Shown: positions 58,774 through 64,000 of the stretch, in pieces
How the letters are laid out: each line of letters begins with the position of its first letter
Numbering within the stretch: position 1 is the first letter of the stretch
NCBI GenBank assembly: GCA_963823555.1
Contig: CAWGMA010000002.1
Location: 288,001-352,000 of the forward strand
Origin: Candidatus Eiseniibacteriota bacterium
GTDB taxonomy: Bacteria; Eisenbacteria; RBG-16-71-46; CAVPCR01
DNA length: 64,000 nucleotides
Direction of reading: 5' to 3'
Notes under the pieces: model-generated
Told to the model about the DNA's origin: nothing
Database searches by the model: none
Seen by the model: the letters and a program-made list of their open reading frames with translations, nothing else
Program-made: the position numbers and the translations under genes

Positions 58774-58802
58774 TTGTCCTCTGGCCGGGAGGGACCTATA
58801 GT
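58774..58802 (+). promoter_or_regulatory. Promoter of a probably leaderless mRNA
   Basis: TTGTCC-17 bp-TATAGT, 6 nt before ATG 58809; no SD sequence. Confidence 0.6.
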
Positions 58803-58808
58803 CGCCCC

Positions 58809-60284
58809 ATGAACGCAAGGGACCGTCATCATCGCGCCGAACTCGAGCACATTGCCCGCCGGGCCATGCTCGAACGTGGCCTCCTCCCCGACTTCTCCCC
58901 ATCAGCGCTGCAAGAACTCGCCTCGATCCGGCCGGCGCCGGTCGGCGCCGACTCCTCCCGGCGCGATCTGCGCGACCTCCTCTGGGCTTCGATCGACAAC
59001 GACGATTCACGCGATCTCGATCAATTGACCGTCGCCGAGCGACTGGCGAACGGGGAGGTGCGCATCCTGGTCGCCATCGCCGAGGTCGATGCCCTGGTCG
59101 AGAAGGACTCGGCCATCGACGATCACGCGCGCCACAACACCACCTCGGTCTACACGCCCGCCAGGATCTTCCCGATGCTCCCCGAGACGCTCTCGACCGA
59201 CCTGACGTCGCTGGCCTACGCGGAGGAACGTCCCGCGATCGTCATCGACATGGCGATCGCCGAGGACGGTTCGATCCGGGATTCCGACCCTTATCGCGCA
59301 ACGGTGCGCAATCGCGCGAAGCTCGCCTACTCGAGCGTCGCGGCCTGGCTGGAAGAGGCCGGCCCGCTGCCGGCGGCGATCGCGGCTGTCCCCGGCCTCG
59401 AAGAGAACCTCCGTTTGCAGGATGAAGCCGCCCAGCTCCTGCGGTGCCGGCGTCACGAACAGGGGGCGTTGAATCTTGAGACCATCCAGGCGCGTCCGGT
59501 GTTCGACGGCGATGTGGTATCCAGTCTCGAGGTCGACGTGAAGAACCGGGCCCGGGAGCTGATCGAGGATCTCATGATCGCGGCCAACGGGCTCACGGCG
59601 CGCTATCTCAAGGCCAGGAACCTGCCGGCGCTCCGGCGCGTGGTGCGCCTGCCGAACCGGTGGGAGCGGATCATGGATGTCGCCGCTACCCTCGGGGATC
59701 GCCTGCCGGTGCGCCCGGAGGCGAAGGCCCTGGCCGAGTTCCTCGACCGGCAGCGGGAGAAGGACCCTCTCCGTTTCCCCGATCTCTCGCTCACGATCGT
59801 CAAGCTGATGGGCTCGGGCGAGTACACCGTCGAGTCTCCGGGTGACGCCCCGGAGGGCCATTTCGGTCTCGCGGTTCGCAACTACACGCACTCGACGGCC
59901 CCCAACCGGCGGTTCCCGGACCTCGTCACCCAGCGCCTCTTGAAGGCCGCACTGGTCGCGGAGGATCTGCCCTACTCGGTCGATGAGCTCGCGGAACTGG
60001 CGCGGCACTGCACCCGGAAGGAGGATGACGCCGACAAGGTGGAGCGGCTCGTCGCCAAGTCGGCTGCCGCGCTCCTCCTCGAGTCACGAGTCGGCGAACG
60101 ATTCGACGCGATCGTCACCGGGGCATCGCCGAAGGGGACGTGGGTTCGTACCCTCCATCCCCCGGTGGAGGGGATGCTGGTCGCCGGCGCGCGCGGGGTG
60201 GATGTCGGAGATCGGATCCGCGTCGAGCTCGTGAGCACCGACGTCGAGAACGGCTACATCGACTTCAAGAAGACACGGCCATAG
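58809..60284 (+). CDS. RNB-domain (RNase II/R family) ribonuclease, short form with C-terminal S1
   Basis: SIDNDDSRDLDQ, TSVY..FPMLP, LIEDLMIAAN, HFGLA..YTHSTAPNRRFPDL, GYIDF. Confidence 0.9.
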   Translation: MNARDRHHRAELEHIARRAMLERGLLPDFSPSALQELASIRPAPVGADSSRRDLRDLLWASIDNDDSRDLDQLTVAERLANGEVRILVAIAEVDALVEKDSAIDDHARHNTTSVYTPARIFPMLPETLSTDLTSLAYAEERPAIVIDMAIAEDGSIRDSDPYRATVRNRAKLAYSSVAAWLEEAGPLPAAIAAVPGLEENLRLQDEAAQLLRCRRHEQGALNLETIQARPVFDGDVVSSLEVDVKNRARELIEDLMIAANGLTARYLKARNLPALRRVVRLPNRWERIMDVAATLGDRLPVRPEAKALAEFLDRQREKDPLRFPDLSLTIVKLMGSGEYTVESPGDAPEGHFGLAVRNYTHSTAPNRRFPDLVTQRLLKAALVAEDLPYSVDELAELARHCTRKEDDADKVERLVAKSAAALLLESRVGERFDAIVTGASPKGTWVRTLHPPVEGMLVAGARGVDVGDRIRVELVSTDVENGYIDFKKTRP

Positions 60285-60311
60285 GGGCGCGTCACGTCGC
60301 CGCCCGCTTCC

Positions 60312-61640
60312 CTAGCGTGAGCCGGCCGCTTCCGGACGCGGCCGCGCGTTGTACTTCTGGTAGAGCGCCCGGTGCCGGTTCGAAAGATCGACGTCGTGGC
60401 CCGAGATCCAGGCCCGGTGTACCTGGGTCGTGACCTCGAGCGGGTCGCCATCGACGAGGATCAGCGTGGCGTCCTTTCCCGGATCGATCGAGCCCAGACG
60501 GTCGGCGACGCCGAACACCTCCGCCGCGCCGAGGGTGAGGGCGCGGATGGCGGTCTCGCGCGGGAATCCGAAGGAGACCGCCTTGGCCGCCTCGTAGGGC
60601 ACGTTTCGTGCGTTCGCCGCACCGAAGCTGCCGGGCCCGGTGGAGAACAGGACCTGGACCCCCGCGGCATCGAGCTTCGCCGCGTTGGCATACGGTGTGT
60701 CGTAGGGCTCATAGCTGCGCGCCGGGAGGGTGTTCACGGGGTTCAGGATGACCGGGATCTTCCGTCGCGCGAGCTCATCGGCCACGCGCCAGGCATCGCA
60801 GCCGCCGGCGAGAATCATGTCGAGATCTTCCGCCCGGGTCCAGTCGAGCGCGGCCCGGATCTGCGCCAGATCATTGGCCTCGATGATGAGTGGAATCTCA
60901 CGCTCGACGACGGGCCGCATCGCCGCCCACGCGACATCCTCGTCATGCCGCGGCACGTCCTGTTCGCCCTCGGCTCCCCGCGCCCGCCAGTAGGCGCGGG
61001 CATCGGCGAACGCCTGGCTCAGCTCGCGGAGCGACTTCTCCCGCGCCTCGATCTGTTCCTCCGGCGTCTTCTTCGCCTCCGGCCGGCGATCGACCTGCAT
61101 TCCCGGCCAGCGCACGTGCATGGCGACAGGCGCCTTGATGGTCATCTCCTCCCAGGTCCAGCCGTCGAGCGTGATCAGGGCCGATGTGCCCGCGATCAAG
61201 CCGCCACGTCCCGCGGTGAGCGCCAGGAGCACACCGTTGGCGCGGGTCACCGGGATCAGCTCCGAGCTCGGATTGAGCGCCACCTCGGCGCGGGCGTCGG
61301 GGTTGAGCCTTCCGACCTCGGCCACATCGACCGTGGCGCGCACGGCGCCGATCTCGACCAGACCGAGAACGGTGTTGGCGTTCACGAGACCGGGATAGAG
61401 CTGCAGGCCCGAACCATCCACGCGCTCGGCATCGGCGGGGGCCGGCGTCGAGGCGGCAGGTCCAACGGCCGTGATCTTGCCTTTCGCGTCGATCACCACG
61501 ATGCCGCTCTCGATATCGGGTCCGCTCACGCGATGAACCGTGGCGCCGACGATGGCGAGAGGACGCTCGCGGTCCGGCGTGGCGGCCAGGGTGAGCGCCG
61601 GGAGGAGAGCCGAGAGCGCGATGATCCCACCGACTCGCAT
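60312..61640 (-). CDS. Secreted amidohydrolase-family protein (metal-binding His motif degenerate)
   Basis: Signal peptide; LYPGLVNANT, ALTLGAAEVFGVADRLGSIDPGKDATL..GDPL. Confidence 0.85.
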   Translation of the reverse strand: MRVGGIIALSALLPALTLAATPDRERPLAIVGATVHRVSGPDIESGIVVIDAKGKITAVGPAASTPAPADAERVDGSGLQLYPGLVNANTVLGLVEIGAVRATVDVAEVGRLNPDARAEVALNPSSELIPVTRANGVLLALTAGRGGLIAGTSALITLDGWTWEEMTIKAPVAMHVRWPGMQVDRRPEAKKTPEEQIEAREKSLRELSQAFADARAYWRARGAEGEQDVPRHDEDVAWAAMRPVVEREIPLIIEANDLAQIRAALDWTRAEDLDMILAGGCDAWRVADELARRKIPVILNPVNTLPARSYEPYDTPYANAAKLDAAGVQVLFSTGPGSFGAANARNVPYEAAKAVSFGFPRETAIRALTLGAAEVFGVADRLGSIDPGKDATLILVDGDPLEVTTQVHRAWISGHDVDLSNRHRALYQKYNARPRPEAAGSR

Positions 61641-61642
61641 CG

Positions 61643-64000
61643 TCAGTTCTCCTCGCTGCCGGCGGAGAGATCATCCCGCAGGTCATCGACATCCCGGCGG
61701 TCGGTCGCCGATCCCCCGAAACGGTGGCGGAAGGTCGGCTGCCAGGACGACTTCTCGTTCCTGGCCTCCTGGTCGGCCCGCGCGCTCCGGGCGCGGGCGA
61801 GCAGGGCTTGTCGCTCGGCCTCGGCTGCTGGGCGCGCCGCCAGGTCGCGCTCGCGGCTGAAGAAGCGGCGGCCCTCGATCCAGGTCTCCTCGCAGCGGGC
61901 GTAGCTGGACAGAGGCGGCGCATTCCAGATGGCGAAATCCCCGTCCTTGCCGGGCTCGAGGGATCCGATGCGATCGGCGACCCCGAGCTGGAGCGCCGCG
62001 TTCAGGGTGACGAACTTGATGGCCTCCGCCGCCGGCACGCCGCCGTACTTCGTGGCCTTTCCCGCCTCGGAGTTGAGCCGGCGCGCGAGCTCGGAGCTAT
62101 CCGACTTCATGGTGACGACCGCGCCGCGGTCCCAGAGGATCGCGGCGTTGTAGGGGATGGCGTCGTAGACCTCGAACTTGAACGCCCACCAGTCGCTGAA
62201 CGAGGCCACGCTGGCGCCGTGCGCCGCCACCTCATCCGCCACCTTGTAGCACTCCAGCCCGTGATCGAAGCTCTTCACCTGGAACCCGAACTCATCTCCG
62301 AGACGGATGAGCATGAGGATCTCGTCCTGGCGATAGGCGTGGCAGTGCACGAGCCGCTCACCGCGGAGGACCTCGGCGAGCGCTTCCAGCTCGAGATCGC
62401 GCGCCGGCGCTGGACCCTTCTTCTGGTCCCGCCATTCCTGCCATTCCCTTTCATAGTCGCGGGCGGCCAGGAAGCGATCGCGGAACCAGGACTCGACGCC
62501 CATCCGCGTCTGCGGGTAGCGCGTGGTGAAGCGATCACCCCAGTTCGACTGCTTGACGTTCTCGCCGAGGGCGAACTTGATGCCGGGCGGAGCGCCGGCG
62601 AGGAGGAGCTCGTCGGCGTTCGCCCCCCAGCGGTGCTTGATGACCGCGTCCTGGCCGCCGATCACGTTGGCGCTGCCGTGGAGCTGGTGCGAGGCGGTGA
62701 CGCCGCCGGCGAGGTGGCGGTAGATGTCGACGGTCTCGGGGTCGATGACATCCCCGATGCGCACCTCGGCGGTGGACGAGCGCGTGCCCTCGTTGACCCC
62801 GCCGGCGATCGCCGAGTGGGAGTGGGAATCGATGACGCCCGGTGTCACATGCTTTCCCGTGCCGTCGATGACCGCCGCGTCCTTGGGCGCGCGGAGGCCA
62901 GCGCCGACCGCGGCGACCTTCCCACCGGTGACGAGGAGGTCGGCGCCCTCGAGGACGCCCGCCGGACCCGCCGTCCAGATGGTGGCGTTCGTGACGAGGA
63001 CCGCGGGCGGCGCCGGTTCGGGTCGCGGCGGGAAGGGCTCGGCGGTCGCGGCGATGAGCGGCTCCTGGGGATGAGGGTCGGTCTTCCTTTCCTTCAGGCC
63101 CGCGACCGGGAGACCGGGAACGCCGCTTCCGGTCCCGGGAGGAGCCCATATCCACTGGCCGGCCAGCTTCCGCTGCTCTCTGATCTCGCCGCGGACGAGG
63201 ATGTCGCGTCCCGCCGCCCCGGCGACCGCACCCGGCATGAGGAGTTCGAGGCGGCCGCGTTCGAGGGCGACATGCCTGAGCGGCGTCGTATCGGGCGGCG
63301 TCGCGGCGATGAGAGCGGCAAGCAGCACGCCGCGCTCCCGGCGGAGGCTCACCTCGGCGTCGCTCGTTCCGCCGTCCTCGCGGGTGAAGGTGAGCTGCCA
63401 GGTCCCGGTCAGATCCTTCTCGCGCGGTAGCGCGGGTGCCGGCTCGTAGCGCGTCCCATCGATCCAGACCTCGAGCAGGCTCGAGTCCTCGGCGAACAGA
63501 TCGCCATCGGCGACGGTGAGGTTGGCGATCTTCCCGGGGGCGAGCGTTCCGAGCTGGTTCTCGACGCCGAGAAGCGACGCGGGCTCGACCGTGAGCGCAG
63601 CGAGCGCGACCTGCGGCGGCAGCCCGCGCGCGATGGCCTCCCGCACGCGCGCGCGCCAGGAGGCGCGCTCCTTGAGACCCTGCGTGGTGAAGGAGAAGGG
63701 GATCTCCACGGCATGGAGCCGACCTGGATTGGCGGGCGCGAGCTCCCAGTGGCGGAGCGTCTCGAGCTCGACATCGAGCGCTTCATCCTCGCTCTCCCAC
63801 ACCGGTGGAGCGGGGAAGTTGAGTGTGGTCACGAGCCCGAGCCCGGCGGACTTCACGGTATCGAGCGCCTTGTACTCGTCGGCGCCGCCGGCCACGACCC
63901 ATCCCTCGAGCTTGAACTCACGGACGAGATGGGTGGCGCGCAGGACCATGGCCGCATCCTCGGTCTCGATGGCCACGGGCCGGGTGCCCGCGAGAACGGG
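61643..64000 (-). CDS. Large tandem amidohydrolase-family protein (5' end outside the window)
   Basis: End of a first domain (LGTLAPGKIANL); linker; second domain TPGVIDSHSH, KFALGENVK, HCHAY, SDS, GSLEPGKDGD. Confidence 0.88.
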   Translation of the reverse strand, partial: PVLAGTRPVAIETEDAAMVLRATHLVREFKLEGWVVAGGADEYKALDTVKSAGLGLVTTLNFPAPPVWESEDEALDVELETLRHWELAPANPGRLHAVEIPFSFTTQGLKERASWRARVREAIARGLPPQVALAALTVEPASLLGVENQLGTLAPGKIANLTVADGDLFAEDSSLLEVWIDGTRYEPAPALPREKDLTGTWQLTFTREDGGTSDAEVSLRRERGVLLAALIAATPPDTTPLRHVALERGRLELLMPGAVAGAAGRDILVRGEIREQRKLAGQWIWAPPGTGSGVPGLPVAGLKERKTDPHPQEPLIAATAEPFPPRPEPAPPAVLVTNATIWTAGPAGVLEGADLLVTGGKVAAVGAGLRAPKDAAVIDGTGKHVTPGVIDSHSHSAIAGGVNEGTRSSTAEVRIGDVIDPETVDIYRHLAGGVTASHQLHGSANVIGGQDAVIKHRWGANADELLLAGAPPGIKFALGENVKQSNWGDRFTTRYPQTRMGVESWFRDRFLAARDYEREWQEWRDQKKGPAPARDLELEALAEVLRGERLVHCHAYRQDEILMLIRLGDEFGFQVKSFDHGLECYKVADEVAAHGASVASFSDWWAFKFEVYDAIPYNAAILWDRGAVVTMKSDSSELARRLNSEAGKATKYGGVPAAEAIKFVTLNAALQLGVADRIGSLEPGKDGDFAIWNAPPLSSYARCEETWIEGRRFFSRERDLAARPAAEAERQALLARARSARADQEARNEKSSWQPTFRHRFGGSATDRRDVDDLRDDLSAGSEEN

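Noticed and set aside
1..64000. tRNA, rRNA, known riboswitches, IS elements, prophage genes
   Set aside because: None recognised by eye in the intergenic regions; tRNAscan-SE and Infernal would be needed to exclude them.

Overview
64-kb window of a high-GC bacterial chromosome with about 43 protein-coding genes. I saw no rRNA, tRNA, CRISPR array, transposase or phage genes. Many signal-peptide proteins end either in a FlgD-Ig/T9SS-CTD-like domain or in a short 'VE..TWG.(I/L)K..(Y/F)' tail, which suggests an FCB-related lineage such as Ca. Eisenbacteria or Krumholzibacteria (inference). Recognisable modules: S9 peptidase; kinase-AAA-TPR (STAND-like) protein; GAF/zinc-ribbon/SPFH operon; NodIJ-like ABC exporter; TetR-TolC-MFP-RND efflux operon with an 18-bp palindromic operator; birA-oadGAB Na+-pumping decarboxylase; a surface-glycosylation region (GT-C, NTase-GT2 fusion, GT2, FkbH-ACP-GNAT-deacetylase); rsgA; an RNase II-family gene; an amidohydrolase pair. 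Most interesting observations: (1) a candidate C-terminal 'TWG' sorting tag on three unrelated secreted proteins, interchangeable with the FlgD-type CTD on homologous beta-helix domains; (2) a secreted protein whose motif order parallels the lysyl-oxidase catalytic domain; (3) a uORF/hairpin attenuator-like leader upstream of rsgA; (4) a large HNH protein with a duplicated DUF222-like domain that looks like a selfish element; (5) a lower-GC islet with a 12-Cys secreted protein. Single-base frameshifts in two genes may be assembly errors. All calls come from reading motifs by eye; no searches were run.
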